Assembly: GCA_963665115.1 (NCBI GenBank)
Contig: OY762007.1
Location: 5,632,001 to 5,696,000, forward strand
Origin: an uncultured Rivularia sp.
GTDB taxonomy: Bacteria; Cyanobacteriota; Cyanobacteriia; Cyanobacteriales; Nostocaceae
Direction of reading: 5' to 3'
DNA: 64,000 nt
The translations under genes and the position numbers were made by a program. The notes beneath the pieces are model-generated. The model searched no databases, was not told the DNA's origin, and was given only the letters and a program-made list of their open reading frames with translations. Of the stretch, positions 1 to 11,372 are shown piece after piece; positions within the stretch are counted from its first letter, which is position 1; each line of letters starts with the position of its first letter.

Positions 1-116
1 GGGTAGCTTAACAGGTGAGCGATCGCACCTTCAGTTTGTGGTTCGGGAATGCTGAGTTTTTCTCGAACTTCTACGCTCGCTGTTTTGTGGCTTAAGCCTA
101 CGACTGCTATATGCAT
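1..116 (-). CDS. hemA: Glutamyl-tRNA reductase, 5' part (runs off window edge)
   Basis: Not in ORF track. Manual minus-strand translation from ATG at 116 gives [38 protein letters not shown], the typical HemA N-terminus (GLSHKTA-x-VEVRE). Confidence 0.9.
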   Translation of the reverse strand, partial: MHIAVVGLSHKTASVEVREKLSIPEPQTEGAIAHLLSY

Positions 117-183
117 TACTTTAAATGGTAATTACTAACTATTTATTGATAATTGATATTCTTGAAATGGGAATTGAAAAAAA

Positions 184-370
184 AGTTATGAGTTATGAGT
201 TATGAGTTATGAGTTGTGAATTAAAAATACCTTTATTACCTATAAAGATTTCGAGATCGGTCTCAAATCGTATTCAAAGGGATTATCAACAAAATTCACA
301 TTTAATCTCAATCCTAACTCCTAACTCCTAACTCTTAACTCCTAACTCTTAATTCTTAACTCCTAACTCA
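184..370. repeat. STRR heptamer tracts (GAGTTAT)n and oppositely oriented (CTCCTAA)n around a ~100-bp unique core
   Basis: Tandem heptamers read directly at ~184-216 and ~312-370. Confidence 0.85.
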
Positions 371-376
371 TACCGA

Positions 377-1414
377 TTATTTAAGACTTATGGTGTCTGG
401 CTTATCGGTCATATGGATGGTATCAACAAAACGGGCAGTTTTGGATTGACTAGAAATTACTAAGCTTTGAGTTCTAGCTCCTCCGTGGAAGAAACGAACG
501 CCTTCCATTAAGGTTCCGGGAGTAATACCGCAGGCTGCAAACAGTACGTTTTCGCCGTTAGCTAGTTCTTCAGCAGTGTAAACTTTATCTGGGTCATTGA
601 TGCCCATTTCTTTAAGTCTGGCAAGGTTGCTTTCTTTGCTTTCGCCAATCAAACCTGTTTTGACTATTTCTGGATCGTAGATCAATTGTCCTTGGAAGTG
701 ACCGCCTAAGCAACGCATTGCAGCAGCAGAAATTACACCTTCGGGAGCCGCACCAATACCCATTAATGCATGAATGTTGGTACCTTCAAAACCGCAGGAG
801 ATAGCAGCAGAAACGTCACCATCGCTAATTAGACGTACTCTTGCGCCAGCTTGACGAATTTCGGCAATTAAATCTTTGTGACGGGGACGATCCATCACTA
901 CTACTACCAATTCTTCTACAGAGCGATTCATGCACTCAGATAGAATTTTGAGGTTTTCAGTAGCAGATTTATTGATATCTACTTTGCCTTTGGCTTGTGA
1001 TGGTGCTGCTAACTTTTTCATATAAAAGTCAGGTGCAGCAAATAGTCCACCTTTTTCGGAAATTGCGAGTACGGCCATCGAACCGTTTTGACCGTATGCT
1101 ACGAGGTTAGTACCTTCGCAGGGGTCAACGGCGATGTCAATTTCAACTAATTCATCAGGGTTACAGAAAGTCTTGGCATCTTCACGAGTACAAATTCCCA
1201 CTTCTTCACCGATGTAAAGCATGGGAGCATCATCGCGTTCGCCTTCTCCAATCACAATGCGTCCGCGCATATAGATTTTGTTCATTCTTTCCCGCATAGC
1301 TTCCACAGCTACTTGGTCGGCGGTATTCTTTTCGCCTTTACCCATCCATCGAGCGCTGGCGATCGCCGCTTGCTCAACTACCTCAATAATCTCTAATCCA
1401 AGAGTATTTTCCAC
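377..1414 (-). CDS. glpX: Bifunctional class II fructose-1,6-/sedoheptulose-1,7-bisphosphatase
   Basis: 345 aa with [25 protein letters not shown] and GIGAAPEG motifs of cyanobacterial GlpX. Confidence 0.97.
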   Translation of the reverse strand: MENTLGLEIIEVVEQAAIASARWMGKGEKNTADQVAVEAMRERMNKIYMRGRIVIGEGERDDAPMLYIGEEVGICTREDAKTFCNPDELVEIDIAVDPCEGTNLVAYGQNGSMAVLAISEKGGLFAAPDFYMKKLAAPSQAKGKVDINKSATENLKILSECMNRSVEELVVVVMDRPRHKDLIAEIRQAGARVRLISDGDVSAAISCGFEGTNIHALMGIGAAPEGVISAAAMRCLGGHFQGQLIYDPEIVKTGLIGESKESNLARLKEMGINDPDKVYTAEELANGENVLFAACGITPGTLMEGVRFFHGGARTQSLVISSQSKTARFVDTIHMTDKPDTISLK

Positions 1415-2029
1415 GAAGTCTGCCCTCTCAATTGCTTGGCCATTCGCGGTAAAAGCGAATTGCGATTTCAGTTATTAAGTCTACCAAAGGGCGTATACCC
1501 GTGGAAATCCGTCTTGACTATTCGTTTTGTTAAGTTTTGCTGCCGAGGATATTTCTGGCATCAAACGCAGAGCATATATTACCTTTTCATTTTAGTACTT
1601 TTTTTACATTCGGATATATTTCATTTGAATATTGTCAACCAATCTTGGATTGAGTTTTTTTATTCTTCCTATTGATTAATTTAATGCTATTTTTTGTTTA
1701 GATTAATATGTATATTTTTGATTTTTTAGCTTATTAGATATAACTTTTAAATCGCCAGATATATAGGAATTAGTTTGAATTTTTCAAAATATTCCTCAAA
1801 CTAGGCAGCAGTAAACAGCAAATGGTAAATAGGAAATGCATCCTGTTTTAATCGAAATTTAAGTTGTATTTTTATCCAATCGAATTAATATGAAATATTT
1901 GATTAAATATATTAATGGAAATCAAAATAATTGTAGTGTTAGGAGGGGGATAAAGCCTCGACCTAAAGGTGCGAGGAATGGTTACTCTGCTAGGCTGAAA
2001 GAAATCAAAAAATTCCTCACATAAAAAAT

Positions 2030-2347
2030 ATGTTCGATTTTCTTAACCCGCTTTTAAATCGCCATCCTGAAAAAATCAAAGCAAACGTAGAAATTTATAC
2101 TTGGCAGACTTGTCCTTACTGCATCCGTGCAAAAATGCTTTTGTGGTGGAAAGGCGTTAAATTCACCGAATACAAGATTGATGGAGACGCAACCGCAAGA
2201 GAAGCAATGGCTTCCCGTGCGAATGGAGGGCGTACAGTACCACAAATTTTTGTCAACGATCGACACGTTGGTGGTTGCGATGAGTTGTATAAATTAGATA
2301 CGCAAGGTCAACTTGATTCTTTGTTAAATCAACCTGCAACTGCTTAA
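2030..2347 (+). CDS. grxC: Dithiol glutaredoxin
   Basis: CPYC active site, TVPQIF and GGCD motifs. Confidence 0.93.
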   Translation: MFDFLNPLLNRHPEKIKANVEIYTWQTCPYCIRAKMLLWWKGVKFTEYKIDGDATAREAMASRANGGRTVPQIFVNDRHVGGCDELYKLDTQGQLDSLLNQPATA

Positions 2348-2441
2348 GAAGAGTAAAACCAAAATTTTTTGTAGAGACGCGATATACCGCGTCTTTTTAT
2401 GTATAACTCCTAACTCCTAACTCCCAGATCTTCTTAAGAAT

Positions 2442-2928
2442 ATGTTAAGTCTCAGCGAAGAATATTTGATACACAGAAAATGGATGAGACAAGCATTAAG
2501 GTTGTCTCAATTAGCGGGAGAAGCAGGTGAAGTTCCTGTAGGCGCTGTTATTATTGATTCATCGCAAAATATGATTGCTTTATGTGTAAATAGAAAACAA
2601 CGCGACAATGACCCCCACCGCCCATGCGGAAATTCTCGCTATAAGAGAAGCAACGCGCAGGTTACAAAGTTGGCGGCTTCATGAATGTAGTCTCTACGTT
2701 ACTCTCGAACCTTGCCCGATGTGCGCTGGTGCCATTGTCCAAGCCCGTATGGGTCGATTAATCTATGGAGTAGATGACCCGAAAACTGGGGCAATTCGGA
2801 CGGTTGCTAACATTCCCGATAGTGCGGCTTCCAATCACCATTTGAGTGTAATTGGAGGCATCCTAGAATCTGACTGTCGCTCCGAGTTACAAACTTGGTT
2901 TGCTAATCGGCGACATAGCACAACATAA
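2442..2928 (+). CDS. tadA: tRNA adenosine(34) deaminase, split by one extra C at 2612-2616 (probable sequencing error)
   Basis: ORF1 has GEVPVGAV; ORF2 has HAE and TLEPCPMCAGA. Removing one C restores NDPTAHAE. Confidence 0.9.
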
Positions 2929-3044
2929 AGGACAGAGGTAAAACTGTCCAGTGAGTGCTACAAAAGTTGGGGGAGAAAATCTACGGTGTTACTAATCAAG
3001 AATTCTTTACATTTTGATTTACTTAATATTCAGCAACCACCGAG

Positions 3045-3812
3045 ATGATGGAATTTGATTCGATATTTGATACCGGCAGACAGAAAACAGCCAATTGTAG
3101 AGTGAGTAATAAGTTAGCCAATACTAATTCGCGAATTTCTCCCTGGTTAAGTTCTCTAACTTACCTACTGGCAGGAAATATACTTTTACCTTTTTACTTC
3201 AGTCAAATCACGATTGTCGGACAGGAAAATTTACCTAAAAATGGTCCCGTAATCTTAGCTCCTACCCACAAGGCACGTTGGGATTCGCTACTTTTGCCTT
3301 ATGCAACAGGACGTTGCGTCACTGGGCGAGATTTACGTTTTATGGTCACAAGTACTGAATGTCAGGGTTTTCAAGGTTGGTTTGTCCGACGATTGGGAGG
3401 ATTCCCCGTAAATTCACAACGTCCTTCTGTTACAACTCTTCGCCATACTGTTGAATTACTCAAGCGCGGCGAAATGTTAGTTATTTATCCTGAAGGCGGT
3501 ATTTTTCGCGATCGCGAAGTTCACCCACTAAAACCTGGAATCGGACGTTTGGCTTTGAGTGCTGAATCATCTCATCCCGGTTTAGGAGTGAAAATTGTGC
3601 CCCTAACTTTCAATTACAGTCATCCTTATCCAAATTGGGGTACGGATGTAAGTATTCGCATCGCTCCTGCAATCAAAGTCTCTGACTACGATAGGGGTTG
3701 TGTAAAGCAAGATGCCAAAAGTCTTACAGATGACTTAGCTCATAGTCTTCAACAGCTAAATTATCAATATGATGATTTAGCTAGTAGTGGTTTTGTACAA
3801 ATAGAAAGTTAG
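3045..3812 (+). CDS. plsC: 1-acyl-sn-glycerol-3-phosphate acyltransferase family protein
   Basis: HxxxxD motif (HKARWD), YPEGG and KPG blocks. Confidence 0.8.
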   Translation: MMEFDSIFDTGRQKTANCRVSNKLANTNSRISPWLSSLTYLLAGNILLPFYFSQITIVGQENLPKNGPVILAPTHKARWDSLLLPYATGRCVTGRDLRFMVTSTECQGFQGWFVRRLGGFPVNSQRPSVTTLRHTVELLKRGEMLVIYPEGGIFRDREVHPLKPGIGRLALSAESSHPGLGVKIVPLTFNYSHPYPNWGTDVSIRIAPAIKVSDYDRGCVKQDAKSLTDDLAHSLQQLNYQYDDLASSGFVQIES

Positions 3813-3886
3813 TAGTTAGTGGTTAGTGGTTAGTTGTTAGCTATTATTCTTAGAGCCACACCCTAGTCTCGGATAATTGTTAATTG

Positions 3887-5995
3887 TTAATTGTTAATTG
3901 ATAAAGCAAGTTCCCAATTCTTTAATTTACCCACATCTTGTAATGCAGTATCAATAATCCATAATTGCCAGTTCCCTTTGGCTGACTGATTGAGTAGATT
4001 CTTTAAAACGGGATGGGTTTGCACACAATAAGTAGTAAGTAAATCTTGACGACGGCCTAAAGTACGACTTTGCAACAATACTCGCTGATTATTGGGAGCA
4101 ATTAAGTAAATTTCTAAATCACTTAAGAATTCATGGGTGATGTTGACGCTAACTTGAATATCGCGGACATTGCCCAAATCAGATATGAAAAGTCCGCTTT
4201 TTATCCCTTGTTTATCATTGTCGGGAATAGAGAATACAGAATTATTACGTCCTTCTATAAGTGTGGTTGCAACTGCGGCATTTGTTTGAAGCTTTTGCGC
4301 TGCTTTGACTGCGGATAGGGCATTTACTTTACCGTAACCAAACCATTTTGAATGACCGTTATCGTCGTAACTACCGTAACGCAAACCTAATTGTGCATCT
4401 GTGTCCAAATCAACAATTTTATCTGCGCTTTCTTCAAGTATGCGTTTTACTTGTGCAACTGTTAAGTCAGGGTTTACTGACAAAATTAGTGCTGCGACTC
4501 CAGCGACTACTGGAGTTGCGCTGGAAGTGCCGCCAAAATTACTAGTAAAATTGCCTTTCGTGTAGCCAGCAGATCCTAATTGATCGGTTGTAAACATCCC
4601 CCTTCCTGGAAGTGAAACTGCAATTGTCGGTTGGGAATAAATAAAACCTGTTTGTTCAAACCACATTCCCGGTTGAGCGTTATTACTGGGAGCGCATACC
4701 GAAATATTGGTACCCCAATTGCTGTAGGCTGCTTTTTTATTCAAACTGGTGGATGCGGCAACTGTAATTACATCTGGATGTACGGCAAATCCACTTAGCC
4801 ACCTTGTCTTACCAGTCACAATATTTTTAACCCAACCGCGTTCGTAAACCGTGCCGTTAATCGGACGATTTGCATTACCAGCAGCAAATAAAATCACGCA
4901 ACCCTTACCGTTACGTCCTTTGGTCGCAGCGCGAGTTATAGCAGCCCGCTGACGCAACGAAAGAGGAAAATATACGGCAGAAGCTCCCCAACTGCAAGAA
5001 ATTACACTAGCTCCTTTTTCAATTGCCCAATCAAAAATCGCTTCTATAGATTCATCATCTAAAAAACCACTGGTACGAATAGGCATAAACGCACAACCTG
5101 GAGCAATGCCGGAAATTCCCGTACCGTTTTCTTCGGCGATCGCGATTCCCGCACAAGCTGTACCGTGGCTGGGCTGTTTTTGTGTAGGTATTGGTAAAAA
5201 ATCTTTATCTTTTAAATCTAACGGAGCGACTATTTTTCCACTACCCATGAAATCGGGATGATTCAGATCGAAAGAATCATCTACAACCGCTACTGTTACC
5301 GAACGAACTCCCCTTGTGATGTCCCAAGCTTTTTCTACCCAAATATGAGAACCATAAGCTAATTGGTTGCCACCATTATGATTTAAATACCACTGTTGAA
5401 AATAAAGAGGGTCGCGAGGTTTATAATATGCTTCTTGATGGATAATAATATTAGGCTCGCTAGCTACAACTTCGGGTAGTCTTTGTAATCTATTAGCAAT
5501 TTTTATCGGATTTTGTGTAGCTTGTTTACCAACCTTAAATGCAAAAGTATTAGGAAGGCCATCAATAGCTTTATAAAGAATCAAGCCAAATTTAGCTGTA
5601 ACAGCATTAATTCTGGCAGAATCGACCCAAGAAGCAAATTCAATCGTAATTTGGTCGCCTAAATAAACTCTGTTTCCAGCATTACCTTTAATTTGGTAAA
5701 CATGGCTGGCAAAAGCAACATTTGTAGAACTCCGCGCTTGAGACATCGCCATCTCCAAGCTACTGGGCGCAACTGTAAACAATTCTAAACCAGAAGTCGG
5801 AATAGCACTGCGCCAACTACCTAAAAAATTCTGAGCTAATTGCTTGAGTGGAACATTAGAGTTTTTACGAACTGTAAAGCGGTCTGAAATCTTTTCTAGT
5901 ATTAATTCTTCACCTCCACGTTGTATAATCATTCCTAAACTGCTATCTGGTATTCCGTTTGCGAAATTTTCGTTTGCATTTGCGTTCATATTCAT
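3887..5995 (-). CDS. S8 subtilisin-like serine peptidase with C-terminal proprotein-convertase P domain
   Basis: Catalytic motifs VAVVDD, HGTACAG, GTSSATP and oxyanion AAGN; C-terminal IPDN...H..LSDL...GNWQL...D.G.L.NWEL P domain. Confidence 0.92.
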   Translation of the reverse strand: MNMNANANENFANGIPDSSLGMIIQRGGEELILEKISDRFTVRKNSNVPLKQLAQNFLGSWRSAIPTSGLELFTVAPSSLEMAMSQARSSTNVAFASHVYQIKGNAGNRVYLGDQITIEFASWVDSARINAVTAKFGLILYKAIDGLPNTFAFKVGKQATQNPIKIANRLQRLPEVVASEPNIIIHQEAYYKPRDPLYFQQWYLNHNGGNQLAYGSHIWVEKAWDITRGVRSVTVAVVDDSFDLNHPDFMGSGKIVAPLDLKDKDFLPIPTQKQPSHGTACAGIAIAEENGTGISGIAPGCAFMPIRTSGFLDDESIEAIFDWAIEKGASVISCSWGASAVYFPLSLRQRAAITRAATKGRNGKGCVILFAAGNANRPINGTVYERGWVKNIVTGKTRWLSGFAVHPDVITVAASTSLNKKAAYSNWGTNISVCAPSNNAQPGMWFEQTGFIYSQPTIAVSLPGRGMFTTDQLGSAGYTKGNFTSNFGGTSSATPVVAGVAALILSVNPDLTVAQVKRILEESADKIVDLDTDAQLGLRYGSYDDNGHSKWFGYGKVNALSAVKAAQKLQTNAAVATTLIEGRNNSVFSIPDNDKQGIKSGLFISDLGNVRDIQVSVNITHEFLSDLEIYLIAPNNQRVLLQSRTLGRRQDLLTTYCVQTHPVLKNLLNQSAKGNWQLWIIDTALQDVGKLKNWELALSINN

Positions 5996-6166
5996 GACAG
6001 CTATTTTGGTGACTGTAATGGTTGTGGGAACTCAATCGATTAGATTTTCAGTCTAAATTCACAGACAGTTAGTATGTGGCTTTGCTTTGTTTTCATAGCA
6101 AAACAGAGTTAAGATACCCGAAGTTTTCATCATTATTCCTTTTAGTAGTCCCAAGTACTTATCCCC

Positions 6167-6764
6167 ATGAAATTTGCTGCAACCGTTTCAACTATTAGTG
6201 TTACAATGCTCGCGTTAATAGCAAGTTTTAGCCTGCTGCCTGCTCACGCTCAGGTTAAACTACCTAGCGGTAGCACGCAAGTACAACCAATCGATCCAAA
6301 CGATCCAAATAATCTTCAGCCAACCGGACAAACATCAAGCGTGTTGAGTCTCGAAGGTGGAAAGCGTTTGATGTCCGAGGCTAGTAATGCAGTTGCTTCA
6401 CAGAACTATTCTTTAGCTGCCGACAAACTCAAGGAAGCGCGTTTAGTTTTCAATCAGCTATCAAATTTTTACCAGCAGCTAAACTCTAGTTTTGCCGGAA
6501 TTGACAATAGAGTAGCCGATTCACAACGCAAAAAAGCTTTATCTACCGCTCAAATGCGAGATGAAGCGACCCTATCAGCTAGCATTGGTACATAGAGCGC
6601 AGAACAAACCAGAATTAGCTGTACCTTTGTTGGTACAGATTATCAAAAGTCAAAATCCAACCAGAGATTTAGGCAAAAAAGCTTATCAACAATTATTTGA
6701 ATTAGGTTTTGTTGATTCTCCTTTCCGTAAAGAAGCCGGTAGTTCCTCTTCTTCCCGCAAATAA
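6167..6764 (+). CDS. Exported helical (TPR-like) cyanobacterial hypothetical protein, split by an extra C at 6570-6572
   Basis: Signal peptide ending AHA-Q. Removing one C joins RDEAT to YQLALVHRAQNKPELAVPLL. Confidence 0.75.
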
Positions 6765-6801
6765 TAATCGTTTTTGATATCTACAATAAAGTTATTGAAT
6801 G

Positions 6802-6832
6802 TGCCATCGTTAAATTTTTAGCGGTGGTTTTT
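6802..6832. terminator. Likely intrinsic terminator between convergent genes
   Basis: GCCATCGTTAA/TTAGCGGTGGT imperfect stem followed by a T-run. Confidence 0.5.
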
Positions 6833-6867
6833 GAATATACGTATATTAAATAAAGTAAAATACTGCT

Positions 6868-7860
6868 CTAAAATACGGAAATAGATGTGTCGCATTGAAT
6901 TGTAAAATCACTATTAGATTCTGTTAATTGAGAAAAAGCTGTTTTTGCTTTAGCGATCGTCTTCTTCGCCGATGATTCAGAACTAGGAATCACAGTTGTC
7001 ACAAATAATCTAAAGTTGATGAACTCGCCGATTGTAGTGTCATATGATAATTTGAGTGCTTCTAAAGCTCTTAGAATCGCTTTTGCTATATCGGAGGCTG
7101 CTTCAGATTCAGTTTTTGACAATATTACGCAAAATGTTTCGTCATCAAAGCGAGCTAGCAAATTTGTATCTTTTTCCTTGCACTTGCGTATAGTATCGAT
7201 AATTTCATGTAGATATTTGTCGGGATATGAAGCTATATTATCAACTTTAGCAAAGTTAACTTTTAAAAAAATTAAAGATAAAGATAATTGATACTTCTCC
7301 AAGCGATTCCATTCACGCTCTAAGTATTGATCGAAGTAATCACGATTAGCAATTTGAGTTTGTTTATCAACAGAAGCATAATTTTGTAGGTTTCGAGAAG
7401 CTGCTTCTAAACGTAGAGTCAGCAAACATTCTCGCTGAATTTTTTGCTTAAGTTCTGGATTTCCCCACCTTGTTAACAATAAGCGATCAACTCGTCGATC
7501 GAGTAAATTCCAATTGATTGGTTTAGTTATGTAATCTGTTGCACCAGCTTTCACAGCTTTATCGACGGCTTCTTGTTTGTTGAGTGAAGTAATCATTAAA
7601 ATCGGAGGGCAACGATCGTTTAGAAGCGCTTGCACTTGTTCGCAACAACTAAAACCATCCGAACCGGGTATCATGGCATCTAATAAAATTAAATCTGGTA
7701 GTTGCTGTTGACAAATATCTAAACAATGTCTGGTGTCGCACGCTTCAATAACCGTATATCCTTTTTTTTCCATAGCTTTACGCAAAACTAATCGCAAGGC
7801 TCTTTCATCATCCACTACCAAAATTAAAGGTGGGTTATTTTGAAAGTTGTAATCAATCAT
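6868..7860 (-). CDS. Response regulator with degenerate GGDEF domain
   Basis: REC domain (ILVVDDE, LLDAMIP, TKP). C-terminal domain has D..TQIANR..FDQYL..EW, but ARFDDETF where ARYGGEEF is expected. Confidence 0.85.
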   Translation of the reverse strand: MIDYNFQNNPPLILVVDDERALRLVLRKAMEKKGYTVIEACDTRHCLDICQQQLPDLILLDAMIPGSDGFSCCEQVQALLNDRCPPILMITSLNKQEAVDKAVKAGATDYITKPINWNLLDRRVDRLLLTRWGNPELKQKIQRECLLTLRLEAASRNLQNYASVDKQTQIANRDYFDQYLEREWNRLEKYQLSLSLIFLKVNFAKVDNIASYPDKYLHEIIDTIRKCKEKDTNLLARFDDETFCVILSKTESEAASDIAKAILRALEALKLSYDTTIGEFINFRLFVTTVIPSSESSAKKTIAKAKTAFSQLTESNSDFTIQCDTSISVF

Positions 7861-10800
7861 TTACTTTGTTTAAATATTGTGAGTGTAGAGCAGCTTCTAC
7901 TCTTTGGTACTCGGTTTCAATTTGGGAAGCAATAGTAGAAGCACCGACAGTATTCCCAGCATCACCCATACTTTCTAATTCTTGGCATATTTCGGCAAGA
8001 TCCATAGCACCGATAGTTACGCTCAAAGATTTCAATGCATGAGCAAAACTACAAAGTTCCGCAGCATCTTGATTTTCAATTGCCTGATGAATCATCAGTA
8101 ACCTTTGTGGTGCATCTTCCAAATAGTTGTTAATCAACTCTGTCAAAATTTCCTCATCATCTAACATATCTTTTAGAGCTTGAAACGTTTCGTCATCAAT
8201 AGCTCCATCTAAAATTAGTTCTGGTGCTATTTGAGATTGATATGCTAACTCGTCATTTTTGGTAACAGCAGTTAATTGTTGATTTTCTTGAGTTAAATCG
8301 TGGGAAGCTTGATATTTATAGAAAGCTTGAGCAACCGCCTCGATGCGGATAGGTTTGCTAATGTAGTCATTCATCCCAGCACCAAGGCATTCCTCTCGAT
8401 CGCCTGGCATAGCATGGGCAGTCGTTGCTACAATCCAAGGGCGGTAGTTATCTGACCATTCCTGACAAATTTTCCGAGTCGCCTCAAATCCGTCCATTTC
8501 TGGCATTTGTACATCCATGAAGACGAAATCGTAGGGTTGTTGTCGTAAGGCTGAGATTGCTTCTAAGCCATTATTTGCTACATCTGTACGATAGCCCATC
8601 CGCAAAAGCATTTGTTGGATCACCTTCTGATTTAAAGCAATGTCTTCCACTAAGAGAATGCGTAACGGTAGCTTTTCACTCAACTGAGAATCAAATCCTC
8701 TTGGGGACAATCGCCTAACTATTGCAGAGTTTTGTTGACCGTGCAACATATCCATAAATACATACAAAAGCTGCGATCGCTTAATTGGTTTAGTTAAACT
8801 TGCAACGGAACCTAGCTTTTCTGCATACTTTTTCGTTTCTACAGAAACTCAGCATTACTAAGGGCATATTTTGGCAGCTAGGTAAGGAGCGAATATGTTC
8901 TGCCAGAGTTAAACCGTCGATTTCTTCGAGGTGTATATCCAAAACTGCAATATCAAATTGCTCACCTGAATTAATTAATCCCAAAGCTTCCAAACCTGAC
9001 TCAACCGTGCAAACACGTATACCCCAATTAGAAGCTTGTAAACTAACTACTTGGCGATTAATTGTACTGTCATCAACCACTAACAGACGTTTTCCGGTTA
9101 AATCAGCTTCAACAACCGTTTCAAGTTCAAAATCTTGGTCATTAGTAGCGGGCTGAACCAGGATTGTGAAATTAAATGTCGAGCCAGTTCCAACTTCGCT
9201 TTCAACCCATATGCTGCCACCCATCATGTTACACAATCGCTTGCTAATAGCTAAACCCAATCCAGTACCGCCATGTTGGCGAGTAGTTGATGAATCAATT
9301 TGGCTAAAAGGCTTAAATAATCGCTCCATGCGCTCTTGAGGAATACCAATACCTGTATCCTTAACAGCAATTTGAATTTCGTATTTGTCTTGACTAATTA
9401 CTTTTTTGAGGCTTACAAAAACCACAACTTCCCCGATTTGAGTGAATTTTACGGCATTAGTAATTAAATTCACCAAAATTTGTCGTAATCTGGTTACATC
9501 CCCAACGATCTTAGTTGGAGTTTTAGTATCTATTAAATAGGCTAATTCTATATTTTTGGCATTAGCTTGAGGAGCTACTAAGTCCAAAGCTTCTTCTATG
9601 CAATGATGAAGAGTAAAAGGGTGTTCCTCTAAATATAATTTACCCGATTCAATCTTAGAAAAGTCTAAAATATCATTGATTATAGCGAGCAAGTTATTAC
9701 TGCTACTGCGAACAATGTTCACAAAATCATTTTGTTGAGCAGTCATTTTGGTATCAAGCAGCAGCCCTGTCATACCAATAATCGCATTCATCGGCGTGCG
9801 AATTTCATGGCTCATCATTGCCAAAAAATCACTTTTGGAGCGATTTGCTGTTTCTGCTTCGCGTCTTGCCTTCTCCAAGGAAAAATTCTTTACGGTAAGT
9901 TCCTCTCGTTGACGAGTTTCTTGTTCTAGCAACTTTCCCTGTGCCAAGGCGATACCTAATTGTGCTGCAACTGCTTTTAATAATTCAATTTCTTCCTGAG
10001 TCCACTGGCAAAAATTACCACACTGATGTAGTGAAATTATACCGTTAGGGTTTCCTTGATAAGAAGTACGCACTGCCAACAAGGATTTTAGTCCAACTTG
10101 TTGAGCAAATGCTTGGGCATCTTCTGTGATGAAAGAATTGTTGTAAACGTCATCCAAAGCGATGGCTTTATCTTGTAATAAGAGCGCCTCTACATAAGGA
10201 TTGCCAGTTACCGGATTCAGTATCGAACTGTAATCGGAAACAACATACTCGGCAACTGGGGTAATTCTGGGAATGGGTTCGCTAAAATAGGAGTAAATTA
10301 GACAGCGATCTACTTGAAAGGCTTGCCCAATCTTATTTGCAGCTGTCTGAAATATTTTTTCGGTGTCGAGGCTTTGACCAATCTCCTCAGTAATTCGTTT
10401 GACAAGCAGGGTTTGCCGAAGTTGTTGTTGTAATGCAGCTTCAGCCTGTTTGCGATCGGTGATTTCGACAAAAACTATACCAATTCCTATTAGCTGATTT
10501 GTAATCGATTGAATCGGAAAGTAAGAAGTTAACCAAGTCCGTTTTATATTTGGAAATTGGCCTTTTATAGCTGGAAATTGGCTAGTTTTTCCAGATATCT
10601 CAAAGTGGAGAACAGATTTCCCAGTACTGAAAACGCTCTGTAATATTTCCTTATGTTTGTCTGTCACATCGGAGTCAATTTCCCACGGTGTTTTGCCAAT
10701 ATGCTCTGCTGCGGAAACTCCATTAATTTCTGCCAATGCTTCATTGATTACCGTGTAACGTAATTGATTATCGAGCAAACTAACACCAAAAGGCGCACTG

Positions 10801-11234
10801 TCAACAAATTGGTCTAAAAAATCCTGTTTTTGGGTTAGTTCTTGTTCTAGCTTAGAATTTAGTTCTTTTACAGCTAGAAATTGAGGAATTATCGGTATCA
10901 CTGTTAGTGCTGTATATAAAGAAATAAGTGCGGTAATAGCTTTAATCAGACCAGAAAACCAATAAGACGGATGCCAAAGCGTCCAAACCGCTATCAAATG
11001 AGTTGTACCGCAGAAGAAGATAAAGCTTCCAAATAGCAATAACAACCATTTGTAGGGTAAATATTTCTGCTTCCGTATAAAGTAGATTAGAGCAATAGGA
11101 ATAAAATAGTAGCTTATGCCTATCAGAGAATCCGATAAGATATGAAGCCACACCAATGCTGGTTTCCAAAGATAGCAATGTCCAGGTGGAATAAAAGATC
11201 CAGTGTCAAATATTTGATGTATCAAATTAATCAT
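7853..11234 (-). CDS. Hybrid histidine kinase: ethylene-binding-like TM domain-PAS-GAF-HisKA-HATPase-REC-REC-Hpt, split by an extra base at 8845-8847
   Basis: SHEIRTPMN H-box, NAVKFT, DTGIGI, GTGLGL, two REC domains and AHALKS Hpt. Removing one base gives MLSSVETKKYAEKLGSVASLTKPIKRSQLLYVFMD, which joins the two ORFs. Confidence 0.9.
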
Positions 11235-11284
11235 TTTTTTTAATAAATATTTCGCTCTTATTGATTTATAAAAACTTAGCTAAC

Positions 11285-11372
11285 TAGTGCAGCACGGCGG
11301 AAGTAAAAAGTTTTATAGTATAAGGATTATAATTGTTGGCAATGGGTGCTTTATTTACGCTGTACTTCACTA
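11285..11372. mobile_element. Degenerate MITE-like element with 22-bp imperfect terminal inverted repeats
   Basis: Left end TAGTGCAGCACGGCGGAAGTAA vs reverse complement of right end TAGTGAAGTACAGCGTAAATAA (17/22). Confidence 0.5.

Noticed and set aside
1946..1976. Hairpin CCTCGACCT/AGGTGCGAGG (about 1956-1976) upstream of grxC resembling an IS200/IS605 end
   Set aside because: Single imperfect copy, no tnpA/tnpB and no partner end.
2608..2684. Programmed ribosomal frameshifting in tadA and the other split genes
   Set aside because: No shared slippery heptamer or stimulatory structure; uniform +1 homopolymer errors explain all cases.
3887..5995. S8 protease as a cyanobactin (PatA/PatG) maturation enzyme
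   Set aside because: It has a P domain rather than cyanobactin-type domains, and there is no precursor peptide or YcaO gene nearby.
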